Source: Podarcis liolepis
Taxonomy: Eukaryota
NCBI GenBank assembly: GCA_965112155.1
Contig: OZ218109.1
Reading direction: 5' to 3' (one strand)
DNA length: 64,000 bases
A program made the translations under genes and the position numbers. Shown piece by piece: positions 12,414 to 23,049 of this stretch. Below the pieces are notes generated by a model. The model ran no database searches. It was not told where the DNA came from and saw nothing but the letters and a program-made list of their open reading frames with translations. The number at the start of each line of letters is the position of its first letter. Position 1 is the first letter of the stretch.

Positions 12414-13091
12414 CAGTGTTTTTCAACCTTTTTTGGGCAAAGGCACACTTGTTTCATGAAAAAAATCACGAGGCACACCACCATTAGAAAATGTTAAAAA
12501 ATTTAACTCTGTGCCTATATTGACTATATATAAAGTAATTCTCTTGAATAGGAATCAAATAAACACAAATCAAATAAACACAAACACTTAACATCAGTGG
12601 TGAGATTCAAAAATTTTAGTAACCACTTCCGACATTCAACACTTAACATCAGTGGTGAGATTCAAAAATTTTAGTAACCACTTCCGACATTCAAGCATGG
12701 TTTAATATTTTTTTCTCTAATGGCAAACAAAAACGTTGCGGACCGTTCTCTGCTCAGCGGGGATCGATCCGCTGATCCCCGCTGAGCCAGCGGATGACAG
12801 CTCCGTCTCCGCACTGTGTGCGGAGAGGGAGATGTCAGAGCCCCGCTGCTCTCTATGGGGAATCGGATGAGAGCGGACCGCCTGTCCGCTCTCATCCGAT
12901 CCCATCTGATCTCATCCCCACCCAGGACGGATGGAAAATAGGGTGGACACAGTCCGGCACCCGCCTAGTGGGCGAAAATGTGACATTATTTTTTAAAAAA
13001 ATCTTTCGATTTTTTCAATTTTTCCAACGGCACACCAGGCAACATCTCGCGGCACACTAGTGTGCCGTGGAACAGTGGTTGAAAAACACTG
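12414..13091. mobile_element. Non-autonomous hAT element, same terminal family as 7943-9382 but with a different interior
   Basis: Perfect 15-bp TIR CAGTGTTTTTCAACC...GGTTGAAAAACACTG; perfect TSD TCCTAGAA (12406-12413, 13092-13099). Shares the first 73 bp and last ~125 bp with 7943-9382. Confidence 0.93.
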
Positions 13092-13190
13092 TCCTAGAAC
13101 ATCACTCCGCCTCTGTTGCAACTAGGCATCCGTTAGGGGCCATGGGGCAGAAACTACACTTAGGCTGCAATCTAGGAGTAAGTCCCACTG

Positions 13191-13568
13191 GTATATGCAG
13201 GTGGCGCTGTGGCCTAAACCACTGAGCCTCTTGGGCTTGCCGATCAGAAGGTTGGCTGTTCAGAAGGTTGGTGAGCTCCTGTTGTTCTGTCCCAGCTCCT
13301 GCCAACCTAGCATTTCAAAAGCACGCCAGTGCAAGTAGATAAATAGGTACCACTGTGGCAGGAAGGTAAATGGCGTTTCCATGCGCTCTGGCTTCCGTCA
13401 CAGTGTCCCGTTGCACCAGAAGCGGTTTAGTCATGCTGGCCACATGACCCAGAAAGCTGTCTGTGGGCAAACGCCGGCTCCCTCAGCCTGAAAGCGAGAT
13501 GAGCGCTGCAACCCCATAGTCGCCTTTGACTGGACTTAACCATCCAGGGGTCCTTTACCTTTTTTATC
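13191..13568 (+). mobile_element. Sauria SINE
   Basis: GCAGGTGGCGCTGTGG...GGGGTCCTTTACCTTT; TSD TAAGTCCCACTG. Confidence 0.9.
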
Positions 13569-13854
13569 TAAGTCCCACTGAACTCAGTGGAGCTCGCTTC
13601 TGAGGAGACACATATAAAATTTTACTATAAATGTAACATTTACCACCTGGATGGGCCTGGATTTCTTGAAGAGCTCTTGTATCCATTACAGTCTTGGTCC
13701 TTAAAATTTGTTTTAATTTGTTGGAAGCCGCCCAGAGTGGCTGGGACAACCTAGTCAGATGGACAGCATACACATAATTTATTGTTGTTATTGTTACAGT
13801 TACCTGTCTTTATTTCAGTTAGCACTGAAATGATCTGAACATCTTGTCAACCCA

Positions 13855-14052
13855 TTTCAAATATATGGGTTATATATATTTCAAATATATGGGTTATATA
13901 TATTTCAAATATATGGGTTATATATATTTCAAATATATGGGTTATATATATTTCAAATATATGGGTTATATATATTTCAAATATATGGGTTATATATATT
14001 TCAAATATATGGGTTATATTTATTTCAAATACTGTATATGGGTTATATATTT
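13855..14052. repeat. Minisatellite with a 24-bp unit TTTCAAATATATGGGTTATATATA, about 8 copies
   Basis: Direct tandem copies; source of the spurious YFKYMGYI ORF. Confidence 0.95.
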
Positions 14053-14561
14053 GTGCCACAGGCACTTGGAAGCATTTCCCACATTCTCCACATGGTGGCC
14101 AAAAAATATTGTTTCAGCCTTAACAGTTGCTCATATGTGCTTCATGTACCTGCTACATTACTAGAGAATTAGAGTAAGATTCAAATGTTATATTACATAG
14201 GGCTGCCATACATCTGGGATTCATTCATCAGAACGTAATTCTCAAAAATTGGTTAAAATTTCTGGGGAAACCGAGCCATATGGCAGCCCATATCAGAAGT
14301 TCAACAACTTTTGTGTCCGGATGTTCACTTTTTGAAATATGGCAACCCTATACTCATAGAATTTCATTCCTTCGCATATTTTTGCCTGCCAACCTTTGTT
14401 ATATTTACAAATTGAACTATTGCCCTGTAATTTACTGTGTGCGGTGACTTCCTTAAAAGTAAGAGTAATTGAGAGCTAAGATGTTCACATGTAGAATGTT
14501 GTCATTCTTTCTGAGAGTAAAATAGAAAAAACTCAAAGTATCACTAATACTTTCTTTACAG

Positions 14562-14735
14562 ACTGTGGATTGAACGTACACAAACAGTGTTCAAAATACG
14601 TCCCCAATGACTGCCAACCAGACCTCAAGAGAATCAAACGAGTCTACTGCTGTGACCTCACCACACTAGTGAAGGCCCACAATTCACAGAGACCCATGGT
14701 AGTGGACATATGTATTCGAGAAATCGAAGCAAGAG
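14562..14735 (+). CDS. CHN2: CHN2 coding exon, end of C1 and start of RhoGAP: (D)[57 protein letters not shown](G)
   Basis: Acceptor tttctttacag|AC, donor AGAG|gtattt, 174 bp. Overlaps track ORF 14570-14758. Confidence 0.97.
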
Positions 14736-15282
14736 GTATTTATGTGTTGATGAAATAGGATTTCCTTCACTGGGTTACTGAAACGCTAAAATAATATCAC
14801 TGGCTGACAAACATAAACAGATATTATGTTACAGAAAACTAAGTAATTTTAAATTACTTTATATTTAAAAGTTTCTTTATATTCCTTTGTGGGGAAAGGT
14901 TTTATGAACAAATTGTTTAAAGCATTTACTTTGAAGAACAACTTAACCTCATTTGGTTGAGGAAGCGAATTATAGTTCTCTACTACCACCACACAAACAA
15001 TGTGCATTGTTTTAATTATTTAATATACTTAGCTATATTTTTCAATGTAAAAAACTATGCCCCCTCACATTTAATTTTTCCAGTAAATATTGCACTTTCC
15101 GATTAAAACTGTTGGGAGCCATAGTAAAATCCAATTGCTTTCAAAATGATAACCAAGCCTATGTCGCAGAAACTGATGTGAAATGAACAAATGCATGTTA
15201 AGATATTAATGCAAAATAAACTCTTAGCCTATAAATAATAGAAGAAAATACTTATAGAAGGCTTCAATAGGGAGAGATATAA

Positions 15283-15284
<2 letters not shown>

Positions 15285-15321
<37 letters not shown>
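15285..15321. repeat. (TCAA)n microsatellite
   Basis: Seen directly. Confidence 0.9.
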
Positions 15322-15533
15322 GTGTATATCATAAATCAAACCTAGAACTGTTATAGGAAATTTAAATCTCTTGATTGTGCCACCGGGGTTGTGTCCAATT
15401 AAGTTCTATGCAGTGTAAAATGGACAGGAATATATTTAATTAAGTTAATAGGCCAAAGTTAGTCATTTCCAGTTAACCCACATTGTCTTAGTAGCTGAGT
15501 GAGTTTAGATATTAGAAGACAATGGTATGGATC

Positions 15534-15968
15534 CAGTGCCAGATTTATGTACGTATAAGCTAAACAAGCTATAGCTTAGGGCCCCACTCTCTTGGGGCCC
15601 CAAAAAAATTTTAAAGGGAAAAAGCTGGATGTACATTTCCAAAATATAAGATAAGAAACAAATAAAATAAAACCTACATACAGCAACAGTGTTTTGTGTT
15701 GTGTAAGCTCCTGTGATGTAAGTAATAGGCCCCACCTGCTAGCCTGCTCCCTAAAATATCACTAGTTTGCTCATTTCTATATATAGGGTGCCTGCATTCT
15801 GCATGTGCAAATGGTTTTAGATACCCATTAGGTCCATAAATGACCATGTAGCATATATTCAACACAAAAAACAGCGACAATTTGTTGTTGACAAAGGACA
15901 GCTGGGCATATAAAGGGCCCCATTACCTTCAGTAGCTTAGGGCCTCATCAAACCTAAATCCGGCCCTG
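15534..15968. mobile_element. hAT (Tip100-like) non-autonomous element
   Basis: TIR CAGTGCCAGATTTA...TAAATCCGGCCCTG, repeated TAGGGCC motifs, degenerate 8-bp TSD TATGGATC/TGTGGATT. Confidence 0.65.
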
Positions 15969-16838
15969 TGTGGATTCCAAGAGAAGTGAAATTTAGGAAT
16001 TTTACAGCAGTTTTTGATGCCCTCTTCCCACCTGAAGCCGCCTGCGCCCCCACTCCCAAGTACCCACCCTTCTGGACAATGTGGGATGTGGCATCTGAGG
16101 CTGTTGGAAGAGGAGCTTTGAAGTTTAGAGAATGAAAGAGCCGCCTTTTGGAGGATTTCAGATGGCTGCAGGGACAAGGAGAGGAAGGGCAACATTCCTT
16201 CCATGCACTTCCTCAAATTGATTTCCGCTACAATCCAAGCCATTAGCTTAAATTAAGTCATCATCCTTATGTGGGAAAGGTCACACAGCTTAGTAAGAGA
16301 ACTAATGGTTTGCATGCAGGAGACCCGGTATTAAATTCCTGTTAAAAAAAGAGAGAAAGGGCTAGCAAGCCTTGGAAGACTCTGTGCCTGAGACCTTGGA
16401 GAGCGGTTGCTAGGATAGAAGGTTCAAGGCCCTTCCATGGTCACATTCATCACTTGAAGCATCTCTCTACTTCCTTGCAACGCTCAGTTGTTACAAGATG
16501 AATTGTACCCTTGTGCTTAAATAGTGTCAGCCTCCCTTTCAAGTTATCTGTTATAGATCCTCAAACTGATCCCCCAATTTTCTCCCCTACACACATGGTG
16601 TGTGGAAAAAACCCTCATTCTTGAAAAGCTAATGATTGCTGTTATGGGCCTAAAGGGGGCATAACTAACCAACTGTGAGAGCTCTGTCAAAAGATGGCTA
16701 TATGATGAGTAATTTCTCTTGTTCCGAGAATTCGGGAGGCAGAAGCTAACTTGTGAAAAGAAGTAAAAAATAACTGGAGTGTGAAAATGTATCCCTATCC
16801 CTAGACTAAACAGCAGCTGATGAAATTTTTGCCTGCAG

Positions 16839-16916
16839 GTTTGAAGTCAGAAGGGATTTACAGAGTCTCGGGGTTCACTGAACACATTGAAGATGTCAAA
16901 ATGGCCTTTGATCGAG
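16839..16916 (+). CDS. CHN2: CHN2 coding exon with the RhoGAP arginine finger: (G)[25 protein letters not shown](D)
   Basis: Acceptor cctgcag|GT, donor CGAG|gtacag, 78 bp. Contains the EGIYRVSG catalytic motif. Confidence 0.97.
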
Positions 16917-17149
16917 GTACAGTACATTTTAGCTGTGGAAAGCCTGTCGGCAATGTTTTAGCTTTGGAAAGCTTCTACATACCCTGTGTTCATTGGCGTT
17001 GCACATGTTTTGATGGTGTAATAATGAGGAGGCTGTTTTCCACCCACAATACTTTCGGGGTATTTTATGATGTACTGGTTTCTATTGACATTTACCTCGT
17101 ATGTTAAAACATGTATTGGGGTGAGCAGGAAGATGCACAGCGTCTCAAA

Positions 17150-17158
17150 ATAATTATT

Positions 17159-17207
<49 letters not shown>

Positions 17208-17832
17208 TTTATTTATATCCCGCCCTCCCCAGCCGAAGCCGGGCTCAGGGCGGCTAACAACAATAAAATAGTACAACATTCTAAAAACATTTCATTATAA
17301 AAATTAATTAAAATCAAATTGATGGCAACCATTAAGCTAAAATTTTGTGAAGATTGCCAAAGGAGGGAGTCAGACTGCGCCCTGACCAAAGGCCTGGTGG
17401 AATAGCTCTGTCTTGCAGGCCCTGCGGAAAGATGTCAAGTCCCGCAGGGCCCTAGTCTCTTGTGACAGAGCGTTCCACCAGATTGGAGCCACAGCCGAAA
17501 AAGCCCTGGCTCTAGTTGAGGCCAGCCTAACCTCTCTGTGGCCTGGGACCTTCATGATGTTTTTATTTGAAGACCGTAAGTTCCTCTGTGGGACATACCA
17601 GGAGAGGCGGTCCCGTAGGTACGAGGGTCCTAGGCTGTATAGGGCTTTAAAGGTTAAAACCAGCACCTTAAACCTGATCCTGTACTCCACTGGTAGCCAG
17701 TGCAGCTGGTATAGCACCGGGTGAATGTGATCTCACAGTGAAGACCCCGTAAGGAGTCTCGCCGCGGCATTCTGCACCCGCTTGAGTTTCTGGGTCAGTC
17801 TCAAGGGCAGCCCCACGTACAGCGAGTTACAA
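17150..17832 (-). mobile_element. 5'-truncated L2-clade LINE with a (TTA)n tail
   Basis: ORF 17370-17717 (LHWLPVEYRIRFKVLVLTFKAL...RAFSAVAP.WWNAL) is the C-terminus of an L2-type RT protein; (TAA)n at ~17150-17205. Confidence 0.9.
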
Positions 17833-19389
17833 AACACACCTATTTGAACTGTTTCGTTTCAGGAAGGACTATACCACATTCTGTTTCTGCATATTAAATT
17901 CTGCCCCACCATCTCTAAAATAATGAGGGTCTAAATTACATTATCACTATACTATAAGGACAGTTGAGCTTTAGAGTAAAAATCAGGTCAGTATATTTGT
18001 GACTGTTAATTCCACTGAGTAAGCTTGATAGGAATAATGTTTATTTATTCTTCCACGGAATGAATATGGATGCTGTACAGCAACAGTCACTCACTGTGCT
18101 GGCATTGTTGACCAGTTCTGTTCCTGCTAGCATATAAAACATTCATTGTACAGCTTGTTCATAGAGTTCTCATTGTGACAAGTGCATTCTGAGCTTTAGT
18201 TGGTTGTTTGTCCTGCTTGGCACCACACATCTCATATTTGAGGGTTGTTACTAAAGAAGGATCTATATCACTATTTTTTTCTGCTTTATTTGGTTTTTTT
18301 GCAAAGAGGCATTAGCCTCATTGGCACTTATGGGAACTTTTTTACTAAGCCTCATGGGCACATGAGGGGGTTGATATTCAGGGAGACATGGCTAGCGACT
18401 GAAGAGATAAACCTCATCCCCTCTTTTGTTCTGCCCTTCATAACTGCAATTAACTTAAGAGAAATAAGAGTTGTAATACATGTTATGCATTAAGCTTTGT
18501 GGGTAGATTCACCTTTAGTGTGTGTTATAAACTATGGGCAAACACAAGTTCTCTTGTCAGCTTGTTTAAAATATGGCCACTGAACTTTGAGATGCATATG
18601 ATTCCTAACACAAGGAGACTACAGAAGTGACCTGTTCCTCAACATGCCACCATAACTTAACATAGGAATTTATTAAAGTGCTTATATACTACTATTTCAT
18701 TTTTTAAAAAAGCAGTTCCACTTCGTAAACAGCTGCACACCAACAGCTCATCACGCCAAACATCTTCCCTGTGTTTGGATTTAAAATAGCTTATAGGTTG
18801 TATGAATTTGCTAAATTTGCAAGAATTGTACTCTGGAAATTCAACAGTTGCAGAGATAGTTATGTGTAGACTAAGATGTTATTTTTCTGGTTCATTCCTC
18901 ATTGGTATTTTCCACATGCCCACCCAGGTTGCTTTCAAAATGTTACTGTTTTTTTAAAAAAAAATCTATTCAGGACAGTGAGCTGTTGAGGACAAAGTTG
19001 CTAAACAAGCAAACAAACAAAGATGGCTGCATGTGGCTTGTTTGTGATGGATCCCTTGACCGAATCATGGTCAAACGCCTCCAAAGTACTGCAGCTTCCT
19101 TTATCAGTACCATTGCTCTCTAAAACTACTTATTTTCTCCAGCCGGCTGATTCTTATTAGCATCCAATAACACTAATTTTCAGAATGAGCAATCATTTTT
19201 ACACCTGCAGTTTGTGGCCTATTGCAGTTCACAAAATAGTACATTTGTTTTCTGGAGTGCCTTTTGAACGTTTGAAAAGAAAAAAAATACAGTGATGGAA
19301 TCCATAGGTACCATAGATTCTTAGAGCAATTCCAGTTTGAGCAGTGCTTTCCATCAGAATTAGTGTTTTGATTTGCTATGTGTCTAGAG

Positions 19390-19717
19390 CAGGGGTCAGT
19401 GAACTTTTTCAGCAGGGGGCCAGTCCACAGTCCCTCAGACCTTGGGGGGGGGGCGGACTATATTTTGAAAAAAATAATAATAATGAAGGAATTCCTATGC
19501 CCCACAAATAACACAGAGGTGCATTTTAAATAAAGGCACACATTATACTCATGTAAAAACACCAGGCAGGCCCTACAAATAACCCAGAGATGCATTTTAA
19601 ATAAAAGGACATATTCTACTCATGTAAAAACACACTGATTCCCGGACCGTCCGTGGGCCGGATTGAGAAGGCAATTGGGCCAGATCCGGTCCCTGGGCCT
19701 TAGTTTGCCTACCCGTG
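19390..19717. mobile_element. hAT/Charlie-like MITE with an internal ~60-bp duplication
   Basis: CAGGGGTCAG start, GGGCC-rich subterminal motifs, degenerate TSD GTCTAGAG/TTCTAGGG. Confidence 0.7.
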
Positions 19718-21277
19718 TTCTAGGGTGCACACATTCCTGCCTTTTAAGTGGCCTTCAGTCTTTCCCCATCTGTTTAGCTTATAACAGGAAGAGAGATACT
19801 TATCAACTTCCAAGTAAAACTCCTCCATGATATGACTTGCTATGATAACCTATGAATGTCACTTTTATTTTGTAAACTTGCAAATAGCCTGGAAAAGGGA
19901 TATGGCATTCTGTTTTACCATATCTGGCTGGATATAGAGGCAGCTGCAGTATTCCCCCCCCCCCCCCAGCATTTGCTTTCACTGTAGCACTTTAGATCTC
20001 ATTGTACTGCAATTAAATAGAGCTGTCCAAACAACGTTTTATAATACTAACGCTACCGTACCAAGTATATGAGGATAAATATGAGTCTGGCTGGTGCAGA
20101 ATAAACACTGTGATGGAAGTACTGGTGCTGTATTAGGGTAAATTCTAATAAGCGGGTTCACTCTGCTATATCAGATACATAAACTGTTTTAAAGACTTGC
20201 TCCCCAGTCACAAACACATTTATAATTACACTTGAAGATTCATTCAGTTACAATTTAGCTCCTTCCTAATAAGTGTGATTATTGCTGAGGTTTTAAACTT
20301 ACAATTTGGCCTTCACGAGTAACTCAGCTATACATCTGCTCTAAAGGAAGTTTTTGTGGATATATTTCATGTCGCTTCAAGTTTAATGCCACAGGTTTCT
20401 TCGCAAAACAATTATTTATTCTGCTAAATACAAATGTATTTAAAAACTTTATTGCAGGGCTTTTCATAAGCAAAACAAAGTACCGTGACGTAGAGGAAGG
20501 AATAGGTACAAGGACTTATTTTAAAGCAAGACCTGAGAAAGCAGGTGTATCACTTGTTTTCTAAAGGGACAGAAGAGTGGATTACTTCTGAACAAATTTA
20601 AACTTTGTGCCTGAAGACTGAACTACTTAGTTCAGTAGTTTTAGGAACTACTTAGTTCCTAAAACACTCTCTCTCCCTGCTCCCCCCCTCACCACACAAA
20701 TAAGATTTTATACTCATGGTTTTATAATAGTTCCTTATGTGCTGCACTGATAGTTTCACTGAAAGGTATCCTTAAATCTTTTAAATAAAATGAGATTGGT
20801 CTATTATAGTACACTGTTCAAGGGACTGTCTTTGAAATGCCTTCATAAAAACATTTCAGCTAGTACAAATTGATCCAGCAAATGTGTTTGCTGGAGCCAG
20901 TGTATGGGAACGTGTAACTTCTTGATTGTTTTAGCTTTACTGGCTGAATAAACTCAGGGGTATATAACTCAAGGCGTTCACTTTGAAGCCTTAAAAGAGT
21001 TTGGGACAAGCATTCATAAGGGAACATGTCTTCCCATATGGTCATATGTCCATCCACAGAGGTGACATCGGAAGACGCAAAGGCACATCCCAGCTCCATC
21101 CGAGGTATAGTTGGTAGGGATGTGTGAAAAGGTATCCTATATGGTGTCCAGGTTATGAAACTTCTTCATTTTCCAGTGATTCAAAACCCAATCATGAGCA
21201 ATGTTTGACAAGATAGCTCAAGAATGTATTTGGCGAAAGAAAAAGTAGGACCTTTAAACCATCTCATTCTTTTCTAG

Positions 21278-21415
21278 ATGGTGACAAGGCAGACGTCTCT
21301 GCCAACATATATCCAGACATAAATATTATTGCTGGAGCACTGAAGCTGTATTTCAGAGATCTGCCTATCCCGGTTATCACCTACGATACGTATTCCAAGT
21401 TTATAGATGCAGCAA
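21278..21415 (+). CDS. CHN2: CHN2 coding exon (RhoGAP): (D)[45 protein letters not shown](K)
   Basis: Acceptor cttttctag|AT, donor GCAA|gtaagt, 138 bp. Contains the LKLYFRDLP RhoGAP motif. Confidence 0.97.
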
Positions 21416-21587
21416 GTAAGTACTGAGGCATTTCATTTCTTTATATAGTTTTGTCATAACCTTAACCCTACAATTCTAAAACTCCTGCAGCAGCAGGAAT
21501 ACTGGATTTGTTTAATTGTATTTTTTTATTGAACTTTGAAATCTGCATCTGATAAAGCTTACAAGAATCTTGTTTTGTATCACGTAG

Positions 21588-21693
21588 AGCTCTCCAATGC
21601 TGATGAAAGACTAGAAGCTGTCCACGAAGTGTTGATGTTACTTCCTGCAGCACACTACGAGACTCTTAGATACCTGATGATTCATCTCAAAAA
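21588..21693 (+). CDS. CHN2: CHN2 coding exon (RhoGAP): (K)[34 protein letters not shown](K)
   Basis: Acceptor cacgtag|AG, donor AAAA|gtaagc, 106 bp. In frame with both neighbouring exons. Confidence 0.96.
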
Positions 21694-22622
21694 GTAAGCG
21701 AATCTGCCTATAAAAGGAGGTTTGATCATCTTTCTTTCGTCATAAAGAAATATGCTTAAAAAAACATTTTAAACCATCACTGCAGAAGAAATTTCTGGCA
21801 ACACTGCCAGATGGGTGGGGTATAAATAAAAAAATTATTATGAGTAATTTTAGTAGTAAAAAAATCTTCAAATTTTAACCAGTTTTACCAATCAACAAGT
21901 CACAGCCATATAAGTAAACCAGAAGTGTTAGACATGTAGAAAGATACCCGAGAGTACAATCAGTCATCATAGAGATCACAGTTAATTCAAAACTTTGTTT
22001 CCGAGTGGGTTCACACACAAAAAAAGTTTAGTTTATTACTAAAAGTGTAGAAAGAAAATTGACCACCAGTTTGTCCATGGAGGCCGTTCACAAGGAACTC
22101 TCCTGCCCACGTGTAATTGTGCCCCCCATTCAGAAAATGTGAGTGTGCCGCACTGATCTCCTGTCTCCATTTACCATAAGTGCACGGGGTAACTTACCAA
22201 CCTGCCAACACTGACGCCACTGCAGCTTTCTTGGACAGAGCAGTTGCACAACAAATTGACACTGCGGTGGGAGCTGGAGCCAATATGGTATAGGCCTGTG
22301 GGTGAACCAACAGAGCCATTATGATACAGGCCCAACCTTATTCCTGCCTTGTCCTACAATAGTTCCATCTAGGTTGCCAAAAAGTCAGTGTTGGAAAGGT
22401 GGCTCCAGCTCCCCCCGCCCCCAGGCCACTATTGCAGTGCAGAAACAACCATTATTGTGAAGCAAACATCTACTATATATTTTGAAAAGTAGTTTCTCTG
22501 TGCCCTATGCATTTGGACACCTCTTAAGATATACGGAAAATTTGCATGACAGTTCCTAAGATCAAGGAGCAGGTCTCTGTTTCTGTTTGGATATAACCTT
22601 GAATCAAGATTGCTAACTAAGC

Positions 22623-22758
22623 CAGCCATAGGCAAACTCGGCCCTCCAGATGTTTTTGGCCTACAACTCCCATGATCCCTAGCTAACAGGACCAGTGGTC
22701 AAGGATGGTGGGAATTGTAGTCTCAAAACATCTGGAGGGCTGAGTTTGCCTATGCCTG
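22623..22758. mobile_element. Hairpin hAT MITE of the 3193-3330 family, in the last CHN2 intron
   Basis: TIRs; TSD AACTAAGC/AACTGAGC. Confidence 0.85.
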
Positions 22759-22877
22759 AACTGAGCTTTTCAAAACTGCACTTTTTTGTGTGTTCCTAGA
22801 ATTCCCAATCAGTTCTGGGTATAAAGAAAGGGTGGGAAAACAGTTTAACAGAGATATCACTTTTCTTTCACCTTTAG

Positions 22878-23049
22878 GATTACCATGAATGAAAAAGACA
22901 ATTTTATGAACGCTGAAAATTTGGGAATAGTGTTTGGACCTACTTTAATGAGACCCCCAGAAGACAGCACTCTTGCTACACTCAATGACATGCGGTACCA
23001 GAAACTCATTGTGCAAATATTGATAGAAAATGAAGATGTTTTGTTTTAA
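22878..23049 (+). CDS. CHN2: CHN2 last coding exon: (K)[56 protein letters not shown]
   Basis: Acceptor cctttag|G. Contains [14 protein letters not shown] and the chimaerin C-terminus ENEDVLF; stop TAA at 23047-23049. Confidence 0.97.

Noticed and set aside
13844-14164. Repetitive ORF (YFKYMGYI)n or a CRISPR-like array
   Set aside because: Plain 24-bp tandem repeat with no spacers, in vertebrate DNA.
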